Position numbers and translations under genes: made by a program. DNA of 30,608 nt from an uncultured Acidobacteriota bacterium. Lineage in GTDB: Bacteria; Acidobacteriota; Polarisedimenticolia; J045. Every line of letters starts with the position of its first letter. The stretch's first letter is position 1. The stretch spans positions 1-30,608 of the forward strand of contig CAVPCQ010000001.1 in assembly GCA_963702425.1 (NCBI GenBank), read 5' to 3'. Positions 8,774 through 18,489 of the stretch are shown here, one piece after another. Below the pieces are notes generated by a model. That model ran no database searches and was not told the DNA's origin. It worked only from the letters and a program-made list of their open reading frames with translations.

Positions 8774-10912
8774 ATGCGACGTTCGACGCTCAGCTCATTC
8801 GTTGTAGGGTTCGTCGCTGCGACAGCCGCGCTGGCCGCCTCGCCGCCGGCACTGATCAACTACCAGGGCGTGCTGCGGGGCTCCAACGACGCGCCGCTGT
8901 CCGGCAGCTACGACATGACGTTCACCTTCTTCGATGCCGCCACCGCGGGGACCGAGATCATGATCGACGCGCACCGCGCCGCCGACGCGAATCCCGTCAC
9001 GGTCAGCGGCGGCCTGTTCGACACGCAGCTCGGCGGCGGCGTCGTCACCGACGGTAGCGGAGCAGGCACCTACACCAGCCTGTCGGACCTGTTCCGCGAC
9101 TACAGCGCCGTCTACGTGCAGATCACGATCGGCACGGAAACGCTGACACCGCGCACGCGCGTCGTTTCGTCGGCCTACGCGCAGAGCGCGCAAAACGCGC
9201 AGAACGCGCAGGTCGCACAGGACTCCAACGCGCTCGGTGGGCGCGCGGCAAGCGACTTCCTCGATACGAGCAGTGCCTATCAGGGGAAACCCGGGCAGCT
9301 CGACGTCGGGTCGACCGTGCTTGCGGGACAGGCAATGGTCATCCGGAACGCGGGCCCCGCACCGTCGGCGGTGCTCGTGAGCTACGAAACGGGCACCAGC
9401 GTGGAACTCACGGGAGCTGCGCAGGCCGGCAGCTTCACGGCCAACAGCAGCGCCAACGGGATCGTCGCAAGGTCTATTGACGGCATTGGAGCGTGGGGAA
9501 GGAGCGACAGCAACTTCGGTGTCAGAGGGGACAGCCCCGGCTGGTGGGGCGTGGCTGGAACCGGTCTTCGCGGAGGAGGTGCATTCGCCAGCAACGACGG
9601 TACGAGCCACGCCCAAGCGGGGGTGGAGGGTGGCACGGCCTTCTACGGCCGCGGGGACCGGGCGGGTGCGGAGTTCAGGACGGACTCGTCGAGCGCATAC
9701 GCCTTCCTCGCGTACGACCGCACCGGCATCGCGGCCTACTCCGTGAGCGCCGGCGACAACCCCGGCTGGTTCCAGGATTTCAGCGCCGGGAGCTACGCGG
9801 CGGTCGGCAAGGCCGGTTACAAGATCCAGGGCAACGGCGCCGTCAGCTTCGTGCAGAACGACCCCGACGATGCCTCGCGCGTGGTCGTCTACGCCGCACC
9901 CGAGGGGGATGAAGTCGCCGTCTACACCCGCGGTTCGGCGCGGCTCGTCAACGGCGAGGCGCGCGTTGCGCTCGGACCGACGTTCCGCAAGGTGGCCAAT
10001 CCGGACCTGGGGCTGACCGCGCATCTGACGCCTCGCTCGGAGCAGGCGGTCCTCTACGTGGCGCAGCTCACGCCTGAAGAACTCCTCGTGCGCGGCCCCG
10101 CCGGCTCCTCGGCCAGCTTCGATTACATGGTCTGGGGCCTCCGGATCGGCTTCGAGGACAAGGCGGTCGTGCAGCCGAAGGAGCACGAGGCGTTCATCCC
10201 CTCGCGCTCACCGGACGAGGCGATCTATGCGCAGCATCCGGAGCTGCGCGGTTTCGCCGCCCGGCAACGCCACCTGGCGGAGCGCGCGAAGGTCGAGCCG
10301 CTGGCGAAGACCGTCGCCACCGAGCGCTCGCTCGCGCTCGAGAACGCGATCGGGGTCTATGACAGGGCCCGGGACATCGCACGCATCGCCCCGCCGGACT
10401 TCGAGTCGGCAGCCGATCGCCGAGCGTCGTTCGAGCGGGATCGTGCCTCCGGGCTTCCGGAGCCGGTGACGACGGGCGATGCGGCCGCACGGCCGGACAC
10501 TCGCGGACGACCGCCGGAGGCCGTCGTCGAACCGGCACTGCCGAGCGGCAGTCAGTGGGTCGCGGTCGCGGAGAGCGTCGAGACGGGCGATCTCCTCGCC
10601 GTCGGTCTCGATGGCCGACTGCTGCGCAGTTCGGTCGCCGGCGATGCGCTGGTGTTCGGGATCGTCGCCGGACCACCGGGACAGCGCTTCTCCGGCCAGG
10701 CGCCGGTCGCGTTCGCGGGGGTCGCCACGGCGTGCCACGTCGACGCGAGCGTGGCACCGATCAAGGCCGGTGACCTGCTCGTGTCAGCGCCTTTGCCCGG
10801 CTACGCGGCGAAGGCGCCGGAGAAGGTCCGCGATGGGACCGTGGTGGCCAAAGCCCTCGAGGAGCTTTCCAGCGGCAGCGGCATGATCCGGGTCCTCGTG
10901 ATGTCCCGCTGA
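8774..10912 (+). CDS. Secreted phage-fibre-like protein, paralogue 3 (712 aa)
   Basis: GAGGT at 8763-8767 before ATG 8774 (MRRSTLSSFVVG). Same architecture and the same IRVLVMSR* terminus as paralogues 1 and 2. Confidence 0.82.
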   Translation: MRRSTLSSFVVGFVAATAALAASPPALINYQGVLRGSNDAPLSGSYDMTFTFFDAATAGTEIMIDAHRAADANPVTVSGGLFDTQLGGGVVTDGSGAGTYTSLSDLFRDYSAVYVQITIGTETLTPRTRVVSSAYAQSAQNAQNAQVAQDSNALGGRAASDFLDTSSAYQGKPGQLDVGSTVLAGQAMVIRNAGPAPSAVLVSYETGTSVELTGAAQAGSFTANSSANGIVARSIDGIGAWGRSDSNFGVRGDSPGWWGVAGTGLRGGGAFASNDGTSHAQAGVEGGTAFYGRGDRAGAEFRTDSSSAYAFLAYDRTGIAAYSVSAGDNPGWFQDFSAGSYAAVGKAGYKIQGNGAVSFVQNDPDDASRVVVYAAPEGDEVAVYTRGSARLVNGEARVALGPTFRKVANPDLGLTAHLTPRSEQAVLYVAQLTPEELLVRGPAGSSASFDYMVWGLRIGFEDKAVVQPKEHEAFIPSRSPDEAIYAQHPELRGFAARQRHLAERAKVEPLAKTVATERSLALENAIGVYDRARDIARIAPPDFESAADRRASFERDRASGLPEPVTTGDAAARPDTRGRPPEAVVEPALPSGSQWVAVAESVETGDLLAVGLDGRLLRSSVAGDALVFGIVAGPPGQRFSGQAPVAFAGVATACHVDASVAPIKAGDLLVSAPLPGYAAKAPEKVRDGTVVAKALEELSSGSGMIRVLVMSR

Positions 10913-10918
10913 GGTCCG

Positions 10919-11062
10919 TGAGGATCTTGCGACACGCATCGCGCGGGGTGTCCGACCCGTGACATCTTGTCCGGCCATTCTGTCCGGCCACTCCTGAACG
11001 TCGTCCCCGGGAGCGCCGCAAGTCCTTTGTTTTCAACAGATCCACGGCGGCTCGCTCCTTGC
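10919..11062 (+). promoter_or_regulatory. Candidate sigma54 promoter with upstream activator sites
   Basis: CGGCTCG-N4-TTGC at 11048-11062 (GG-N10-GC). TGTC-N8-GACA at 10949-10964 and a degenerate TGA-N10-ACA at 10919-10934. An AT-rich tract AAGTCCTTTGTTTTCAAC (11020-11037) lies between them. Confidence 0.6.
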
Positions 11063-11122
11063 GATAGGCGTCGGTGCAGTTCCTGCCGGCCCGCGCCGGG
11101 AAAGAGGTATGACGTGCTCGCC

Positions 11123-13264
11123 ATGGTTGGTTCGAACCCGGATAGGCCCTCCCAACGCGCGGTCTGGCTGCGCGCACTGCTGACGGCGCTCCTCGTCGCG
11201 CTCGGAATGGGACCGGCGGTGCTCGCCAGACCGCCGGGCAGAGCGGCCCCCGACCTCGGTGCCGCCGCGCAGGCCGCGAACCCGGCGCAGCCGTTCCGGA
11301 TCATCATCGAGTTCGAACCGAACGCGGACCTCTCCTGGCTCTCGCTTTTCGAAAGCACGACGATGAAGTACTACTCCCACCTCGGGATCGTCGTCCTCGA
11401 TCTCCCGCCGGGCAGTCAGAACGCGCTGCTGGCGAGCGTACTGGACAGGGTGGGTGTGAAGTACGTCCTGCCGAACCGGCCGCTCGAGGCGTCCAAGGCG
11501 TCGAAAGCTCCCGTCGGATCGAGAACGTCCTCGATGACGACGTCGGTACCGGCGGATGGGGTGGTGCTGGACAGGATTCCTGCGCTGGACAGCCATGTCC
11601 GCTCGACGACCGGTGCGTCACTGCTCCCCTACGACGGCTCCGGCGTGACAGTGGCCGTGATCGACTCCGGCATCGCGAAGCACCTGGACTTCGGTGACCC
11701 CGCGATCAAGAAGGGCGACCGCGTCGTTCAGCGGGTCGACTTCACCGGCGAGGCCCTCGCGAGCGGCGTGACCGACGGCTACGGCCACGGGACCCACGTC
11801 GCCGGGCTGCTGGCCGGGAACGGAACGGTCGCCGCGGGCCAGTCGGACCGATCGCTGAAAGGGGTCGCCCCCAGGGCGTCACTCCTCGACCTGCGCGTCC
11901 TCCGCTCGGACGGCAGCGGCCGGATCGACTCGTTGTTCGCGGCGCTCGACTGGGTCCTGGCCAACAAGGACGCGCGGTCGATCCGGGTCGTGAACCTGTC
12001 GGTCGGGATGGCGCCGCACGAGAGCTACGAGCGCGACCCGCTGTGCCACGCCGTCGAGAAGCTGGTCGATGCCGGCATCACCGTCGTCGTCGCCGCCGGC
12101 AACTTCGGCAAGGACGCAGGGGGCCGCACGGTCAACGGCGGGATCGTCTCCCCGGCCAACGACCCGAAGGTAATCACCGTCGGTGCCGCGAACACGATCC
12201 AGACCGACGCACGCGGCGACGACACGGTGACCAGCTACTCTTCGCGCGGACCGACACGGTCGTACCGGGCGCAGGATCTCGACGGTGACGGCACCTTCGC
12301 GATCAACGAGCGGGACTACGACAACCTGGTCAAACCGGACGTCGTCGCGCCGGGCAACAGGCTGGTCGCCCCGCTCGCGGTCGGCTCGAGGCTGGCAGCC
12401 CAGCACCCCGAGCTGGTGCGCCGAAGCAGCTACTTCGAGCTGTCCGGGACGTCGATGGCCGCTCCGGTCGTGTCCGGCATCGTGGCCCTGATGGTCCAGG
12501 CTCGCCCGGACCTCACGCCCGCGCTGATCAAGGGGATCCTGATGTACACGGCCCAGCCGCTGGCTGGCGCCGGATTCACGGACCAGGGCGGCGGCCTCGT
12601 GAATGCCGCTCTGGCGGCGGCGATGGCCCTGCAGATCAGCGCCGACCCCGCTGTGCTGGCGGCCGGCGCGACCGCGACGCCGAACCTGAACCTCGCGGCG
12701 CTGCCGGCGACGGTGATCGTCGACGGTCAGCCCATCGGCGCCGGCCGTCGCGTGCTCTACTGCGACGGCTGGGCGTTCCTGGACAGGGTCTACCGCTCGA
12801 ACGGTCTGCGCTTCGGGACGCCGGATGACCCGGGCACGCTGCGGGGCGACGGGATCCTCTGGGCCGACGGCGTGCTGTGGGGCGACGGGATCCTCTGGGC
12901 CGATGGGATCCTCTGGGCTGATGGGATCCTCTGGGCCGATTCGGCGGGACCGCACGATCTGGCCGCCGAGGCTCAGCGGCTCGGTCCGAACGGCATCCTC
13001 TGGGCTGACGGCATCATCTGGGCCGACAGCCGGCTCGGACCCGATGGCATCATCTGGGCCGACGCCCAGCTCGCGTCCAACGGCATCCTGTGGGGCAGCG
13101 GGATCCTCTGGGCCGACGGCTACCTGCAGCCGGACGGGATCCTCTGGGGTGACGGCATCCTGTGGGCCGACAACCAGCTCGTCGGCGACGGGATCCTCTG
13201 GGGTGACGGCATCCTGTGGGGCGACGGGATCCTCTGGGCCGACGGTCTCCTGCTCGGCGACTGA
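11123..13264 (+). CDS. S8 subtilisin-family serine peptidase with C-terminal GILW(A/G)D repeats (713 aa)
   Basis: Catalytic motifs VAVIDSG, HGTHVAG, AAGN and SGTSMAAP. Signal peptide and propeptide follow ATG 11123. The longer ORF start at 10967 runs through the promoter region. Confidence 0.93.
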   Translation: MVGSNPDRPSQRAVWLRALLTALLVALGMGPAVLARPPGRAAPDLGAAAQAANPAQPFRIIIEFEPNADLSWLSLFESTTMKYYSHLGIVVLDLPPGSQNALLASVLDRVGVKYVLPNRPLEASKASKAPVGSRTSSMTTSVPADGVVLDRIPALDSHVRSTTGASLLPYDGSGVTVAVIDSGIAKHLDFGDPAIKKGDRVVQRVDFTGEALASGVTDGYGHGTHVAGLLAGNGTVAAGQSDRSLKGVAPRASLLDLRVLRSDGSGRIDSLFAALDWVLANKDARSIRVVNLSVGMAPHESYERDPLCHAVEKLVDAGITVVVAAGNFGKDAGGRTVNGGIVSPANDPKVITVGAANTIQTDARGDDTVTSYSSRGPTRSYRAQDLDGDGTFAINERDYDNLVKPDVVAPGNRLVAPLAVGSRLAAQHPELVRRSSYFELSGTSMAAPVVSGIVALMVQARPDLTPALIKGILMYTAQPLAGAGFTDQGGGLVNAALAAAMALQISADPAVLAAGATATPNLNLAALPATVIVDGQPIGAGRRVLYCDGWAFLDRVYRSNGLRFGTPDDPGTLRGDGILWADGVLWGDGILWADGILWADGILWADSAGPHDLAAEAQRLGPNGILWADGIIWADSRLGPDGIIWADAQLASNGILWGSGILWADGYLQPDGILWGDGILWADNQLVGDGILWGDGILWGDGILWADGLLLGD
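12851..13261 (+). repeat. Coding 18-bp repeat array (consensus GGSATCCTSTGGGSCGAC) encoding 15 G(I/V)(L/I)W(A/G)(D/S) units
   Basis: Counted from the translation as blocks of 5, 2, 1, 2, 2 and 3 units. Most blocks are separated by in-register hexapeptides (SRLGPD, AQLASN, GYLQPD, NQLVGD). The array ends GLLLGD*. Confidence 0.95.
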
Positions 13265-13288
13265 CCCGCATCACCCGCCGGACCCATC

Positions 13289-13315
13289 CGGCCTCGCCAG
13301 AGGGTGGCGAGGTCG
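13289..13315 (+). terminator. Stem-loop downstream of the S8 gene
   Basis: CGGCCTCGCCA-gaggg-TGGCGAGGTCG, an 11-bp stem with one G-U pair and no U tract. Confidence 0.4.
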
Positions 13316-13454
13316 AGGCGAACTGACAGTTGTTCTCCGATTAGACGCACTGCAACGAGCGCGCATCCCGGCGCGATCGTCGTACCATTCCCTTGTCGCC
13401 TTCCGCCCCGGGCCGGAAGCGCCCGCGGGCGCGTCGCGAGAGGGACAACCCGCC

Positions 13455-16400
13455 ATGAGAACGAGTGCAGTCCTCGCGCTGCTGCTGGCCGCGGCCACGG
13501 CGGCGCAAGCGGCCGTCGTCCACGTCAGCAAGCAGGGTAGTGACGCCAACAGCGGGGCCGACTGGGCGCACGCGAAGGCCACGGTCGGTGCGGCGCTCGC
13601 GGTCGCAACGGCGGGCGACGAGATCTGGGTCGCGGCCGGAGTCTACGACGAGCGGATACGCAACCGGGTGGTCGGCGGGCTGTCGGTCGACGTCGGTCTC
13701 TACGGCGGCTTCGCCGGGAACGAGACGACGCGCGACAACCGCGACCTCGCGGCCAACGTCACGGTGCTCGACGGCGGCCGGCTCGGGTCGGTGGTCACGA
13801 TCGACTCGTCGGCCGGGCCGGGCTGGCGGATCGACGGCTTCCGGATACGCAACGGCGAGGCCAGCTCGGGCGGCGGCATCTCGGTGCTCGCGTCGGCTCC
13901 CACGATCGTCAACAACAGCATCCTCGGCAACGTCGCCGACTTCGGCGGCGGGATCCTGGTCTGGGGCGATCGCAACGTGCCGCCCGTCGCGCAGGCTCAG
14001 GTCCTCTTCAACGCGATCCAGGCCAACTTCGCCTACGACGGCGGGGCGGGGATCACGCTCGTCGGCTCGTCGGCGGCGATTCGCGGGAACGTCATCCGGC
14101 TGAACTCGACCTACGGGCGGGGAGGCGGGATCGGCGTCTGGATCTCCGAGTCGGCGCTGATCGCGCGACCGGTGATCGAGGGCAATTGGATCCACGAGAA
14201 CCGCGCGAACGCCGCGACCGACGGCGCCGTGATCGGCGGCGGGGGGATCTTCGCGACGGAACGGAACCTCGCCGACGAGCCGCTCGGCGGGATCAGTGCG
14301 CCGCGGATCCGGAACAACGTGATCGCGGCGAACGCGGCGACGGCGATGGGCGGCGGCATCGCGATCATCAACTCGGAGAACGAGTCGACCCCGATCGTCA
14401 ACAACACGATCGTCGCCAACAGCGGCTCGGGGATCGCGTGGGGAAACGCCGCGCCGACGATCGTCAACAACATCGTCGCGTACAACACCTGGGGGCTCGA
14501 CGAAGACCTCGGCAACCCCTATCCGGAGACGATCCGGTCCAATGACGTCTACGGCAACGCGGTCCACGGCCGGTCGACGGACTACTACCAGCTCGCGGAT
14601 CTCACCGGGATCGACGGCAACGTCTCGGTCGATCCGCTGCTCGTCACGTATGGCAGTGGCCGGCAGCACCTCCAGCCGGGCTCACCGTGCATCGACGCGG
14701 GCGACCCCACGGCGGTCGGCGGCGACTGGCTCGACATCGACCTGCAGCCGCGGACCGCGGGAGTGCGGGTCGATCTCGGCGCCGACGAAGCCGACGGGAC
14801 CTCCTGGCCCGACCTGCCCGCGATCATCCGCGTCAAGCCGGGCGGCAGCGACGCGCTCGACGGCTCGAGCTGGGCGACGGCCAAGGCGACCGTCCAGGCG
14901 GCGATCGACGCACTCCTGGCCCTGCGCGGCGGCGAGGTCTGGGTCGCCGAGGGAGCCTACGTCGAGCACCTCACGCTCGGTGCGTGGATCCACGTCTACG
15001 GCGGGTTCGCAGGGACGGAAGACCGCGCGGTCGCAGCGCGATCCGGCGGCGCACCTCACCGTGCTCGACGGCGGCGAGGTCCCGCCGGTCGTCAACTGCG
15101 GTGCCGCCGGTTATCGCGCCGCGACGCTGGACGGGTTTCGGATCACCAACGGTGGGCGCTACCGGGGTCCGACGATCCCGCCGGCAGGGCTGCCGATGGG
15201 GATGGGCGGCGGCATCCGCTGCGACGCCAGCTCGCCGGTCATCAGTCACAACGAGATCGTCCGGAACTCGCTCGGCGACCCGTTCAGCGGCCTTCCCGGC
15301 GACGTGGCCCAGGGCGGCGGGATCAGCCTGCTCGGCAGCCACGCGCTCGTCACCGGCAACACGATCGCGGACAACGAAGTCCTCCGGAAGGACGGCCAGG
15401 GCGGCGGGATCTACTGCGAGTGGTCGGTCGCCGACATCGTCGGGAACACGATCGCCCGCAACCACGCGCCGACCGGCCCGGCCCTCTACGCGCTCTACTC
15501 CCGGCCGAGGATCGCCGGCAACGTGATCCAGGCGAACGAGCACTACTACGTCTTCGCGCTCTACTTCGGCAACGCCTGGGGTGCGGTCACGCTGGAGGGC
15601 CTCTGGGGCCTCGAGATCGTCGACAACCTGTTCGACTCGAACCGGGCCACGATGGGCGGCGGCGCGATCTACCTCGCGCAGCCGCCGGAAGGGACGATCG
15701 CGGGGAACGTGTTCCGGAACAACGCAGCCTACAACCCTCAGACCTCGTCCGGTGGTGTCGGCGGCGCGATTTTCCTGATGACGCAGGCGTCTCCGCGGGA
15801 CGACGTGAAGATCCTCGGCAACACGTTCGTCGGCAACGAGGCGATGCACTTCCTGGGCGAGCGGGGCGGCGCGATCGCGCTGATCCTGCAGTCGGGGCGG
15901 GTCGTGATCGCGAACAACGTGATGGCCTACAACTCGTCGGGCATCCACCGCGATCCATCGACGTCATTCCAGCCGTCGCTGCTGGACAACGCGATGTGGA
16001 ACGGGACGCAGGACTACCTGAACCTGGCGGCGGGACCGGGCGACTTCCACTTCGACCCGCTGTTCGTCGACCGGCCCGGCGGCAACTACCGGCTGACCCT
16101 CGCCTCGCCGTGCGTGGACAGCGGGAGCAACCCGCACGCCACATACCCCGTCGACATGGACGGTGCGACGCGGATCCAGGATGGCCGCTGGACCGGCACG
16201 GCGATCGTCGACCGCGGTGCCTACGAGTACTCGCCCGACTTCGACGGCGACGGCAGCGCCGACTGGCGCGACCCGGACGACGACGGTGACGGGGCCGCCG
16301 ACCTCTCGGACTGCGCGCCGCTGAACGCGAGCGCCTGGAGCGCGCCCGTACCGGTCCGCAGCGTGCGCCTCGGCGGGATCTCGCCGGTCACGCTGAGGTG

Positions 16401-16653
16401 GGACGCGCAGGACCCGGCGACCCGCTTCGACGTCGCCGGCGGCTCGCTGACCGCGATGCTCGACGAGCGGAGCTTCTCGAACGCGGAGTGCCGGGCCGAC
16501 GACCTGACCGCGCCGCCGTGGGCCGACGATCGCCCCGGCCCGGCCGCGGGCGATGCGCGTTACTACCTGCTACGCGCCGTCAGTGTCTGCGGCGACGCGG
16601 GCTGGGGACGCAGCAGCGGCGGTGAGGAGCGCGCCGTCGACGCGTGCCCGTGA
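13455..16653 (+). CDS. Secreted protein with two right-handed beta-helix modules, Ca-binding motifs and a Cys-Pro-terminal domain (~1065 aa after correcting a +1 frameshift at ~15019)
   Basis: Signal peptide MRTSAVLALLLAAATAAQA. Two modules start GSDA..G..WA.AKATV..E(I/V)WVA.G.Y.E, contain GGGI and NN.I..N rungs, and end in SPC(I/V)D.G..VD.GA.E caps. DFDGDG..DPDDDGDG..DCAP follows. Module 1 GFAGNETTRDNRD aligns with module 2 GFAGTE|TARSQRD across the frame switch. Confidence 0.85.
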
Positions 16654-16729
16654 GCGGGAGATGCGGGGCCGCGGGGTCCGGTGGGCGCTCCTCCCCGCGG
16701 TCGGCGACGAGTTCGCCACCGCGAGCGCG

Positions 16730-18010
16730 TCACTCGGGGGCGTACAGCGTGCGTCCGACGACGCGCGACCACGCGTCGAGCTCCGAGCAATCGCGCAGCG
16801 ACGTGCCGGGCGCGGCGGGGTGCGCGCGCACCGTGCGGCCGTCGAGTTCCAGCAGTACGCAGTCCGGGTGAGCGAGGTCTTCATCGTCGTACGTCACGAA
16901 ATACGGCGTGCGCGCGTCGTCGTAGTACGAGATCCTGAATCCTGCGAACACCCTGTGCGGTGTGCGACGCTGCGCTTCGGACCCCGCAATGGCCGCGCCC
17001 GCAGGCGCTTCCACGGCGCCGCCCGTGATCGTCGCCGCGCCCTCCGGCGCGGTGCCATGATCCGCACGGATCACGGCCGCCTCCCCGACCGGCTGCCCCT
17101 GGATGTCGAGCCGCTGGAACCGTACTGCGGTGGGAACGCCGATCGCCGGCCCGTCAACGAACCCAAGACAGTCGATCGCGTTCCGTCCGGGCGGCAGCAC
17201 GCCGTACTCGTTGTTCCCGCACACGAAGTGCGCCTGCCGTTCGCCGCGCCGGATCAGCTTTCTGCGCCCCGGGATGGAGACCAGCACCGTATCCCGGTCG
17301 AGCGCGATCACGGGGCCGACCGCGACCTCGTCCAGCTTCCACCAGAGTCCCCAGCTCCGGACGCGGCACTCCGAGGATCGTGAGCCGGTCCAGGGGCCGA
17401 AGCTCGGCCCGACCGTCGAGCGGCGGATGCACCAGTCGGTGACGCGCGTATCGGTGACCTTCGAGCACCCGCCGCCGGCGAGCAGCGCGACGAAGACCAC
17501 GGACAGCGCCGCGGACGGGCGCGGCACGCGGCGCCGCACCGCGACGGTCCAGTACGCCGCGGCCGACGCCGCACCGCACAGCCCGCCGAGCGCGAGCCAC
17601 GCCAGGGCGCGCGGCGCGGCCCGCACCTGGCGCGCCAGGGCTGCGAAGAGCCCGAACGACGAGTCGCCAGGCCCGCGCCGCACGGCAGCGAGGAGCTCGT
17701 AGCCGACGACGTAGATGTCGAACAGGACGAAAGGCGCGATGCCGAGCGCCGTCCCGAGCAGCAGGTAGGGGCGCAGGCCGCGCACGCCGCGCCGCTCGAA
17801 CCGCAGCGCCAGCGGCAGCCCGAGAGCGAGCGCGACCGCGGCCGCGAGGGGGAGGGCGAAGAGGGCGAAGAGCCCCTGCAGGCCGGCCGCGGCGAGCCGC
17901 GAGGGCGCGAGCGAAGGGCCCCGCCCGAACCAGGAAAGCACGACAAGGACGACCCCGAACACGACGGGGGTCGTCAGCACCGCCAGAACCACGCCAAACA
18001 CCCGGCGCAT
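16730..18010 (-). CDS. Hypothetical membrane protein (about four TM helices, then a lipoprotein-like C-half)
   Basis: GGAGG before ATG 18010. Hydrophobic segments in the first ~155 aa, then VPRPSAALSVVFVALLAGGGC and a soluble domain with several Cys. Confidence 0.6.
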   Translation of the reverse strand: MRRVFGVVLAVLTTPVVFGVVLVVLSWFGRGPSLAPSRLAAAGLQGLFALFALPLAAAVALALGLPLALRFERRGVRGLRPYLLLGTALGIAPFVLFDIYVVGYELLAAVRRGPGDSSFGLFAALARQVRAAPRALAWLALGGLCGAASAAAYWTVAVRRRVPRPSAALSVVFVALLAGGGCSKVTDTRVTDWCIRRSTVGPSFGPWTGSRSSECRVRSWGLWWKLDEVAVGPVIALDRDTVLVSIPGRRKLIRRGERQAHFVCGNNEYGVLPPGRNAIDCLGFVDGPAIGVPTAVRFQRLDIQGQPVGEAAVIRADHGTAPEGAATITGGAVEAPAGAAIAGSEAQRRTPHRVFAGFRISYYDDARTPYFVTYDDEDLAHPDCVLLELDGRTVRAHPAAPGTSLRDCSELDAWSRVVGRTLYAPE

Positions 18011-18088
18011 ACAAGCCTCCGTCCCGAACTTAGGTCCTCCGGGAGGAAAGCGGTCCTGCCCTCGTTCGCCGGGATCGCTCGAGGCGCG

Positions 18089-18203
18089 CGGTTCAGGCGC
18101 CGACCTCCCCGCTCCCGTAGTACCTGCGGCCCAGCCAGAGCGCGACGTTCACGAGGCCGATGAGGACCGGCACCTCGACCAGCGGCCCGATCACCGCCGC
18201 GAA
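18089..18203 (-). repeat. Duplicated 3' end of acr3 (direct repeat of 23451-23565)
   Basis: 112 of 115 bases identical by hand alignment (mismatches at 18113, 18126, 18129). Encodes [36 protein letters not shown]. Confidence 0.95.
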
Positions 18204-18204
18204 C

Positions 18205-18477
18205 ATGGAACGCGACAGCCCGATCGTCCCGGTCATGATGTTCAACGCCAAGCTCGGCCAGGACACCGCGCGCAACCTGTTCTACGAGGGGATCCATGTG
18301 ATCGGCTTCTTCTTCCCGGTCGTCCCCGCGGGCCAGGCCCGGATCCGGACCCAGATGTCGGCCGACCACGAGATCCCGCAGCAGGAGCAGGCGCTCCTGG
18401 CGTTCAAGAAGATCGGGGCCAAGTGCGGAATCCTCGGGCTGGAAACGAAGGGGATCATCGAGAAGTACGGAATCTGG
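18205..18477 (+). pseudogene. kbl: 3' fragment of glycine C-acetyltransferase (2-amino-3-ketobutyrate CoA ligase, Kbl/BioF family)
   Basis: [45 protein letters not shown] matches the Kbl C-terminal domain. The PLP-lysine region and N-terminus are absent. Confidence 0.8.
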
Positions 18478-18489
18478 TCGTCGCGACGG

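Noticed and set aside
3892-10912. Prophage tail module or diversity-generating retroelement
   Set aside because: The proteins have signal peptides. There are no capsid, tail, integrase or reverse transcriptase genes, and differences between copies are not adenine-specific.
12851-13261. 18-bp repeats as a CRISPR array
   Set aside because: The units are in-frame and coding, vary at third positions, are mostly adjacent without unique spacers, and no cas genes are present.
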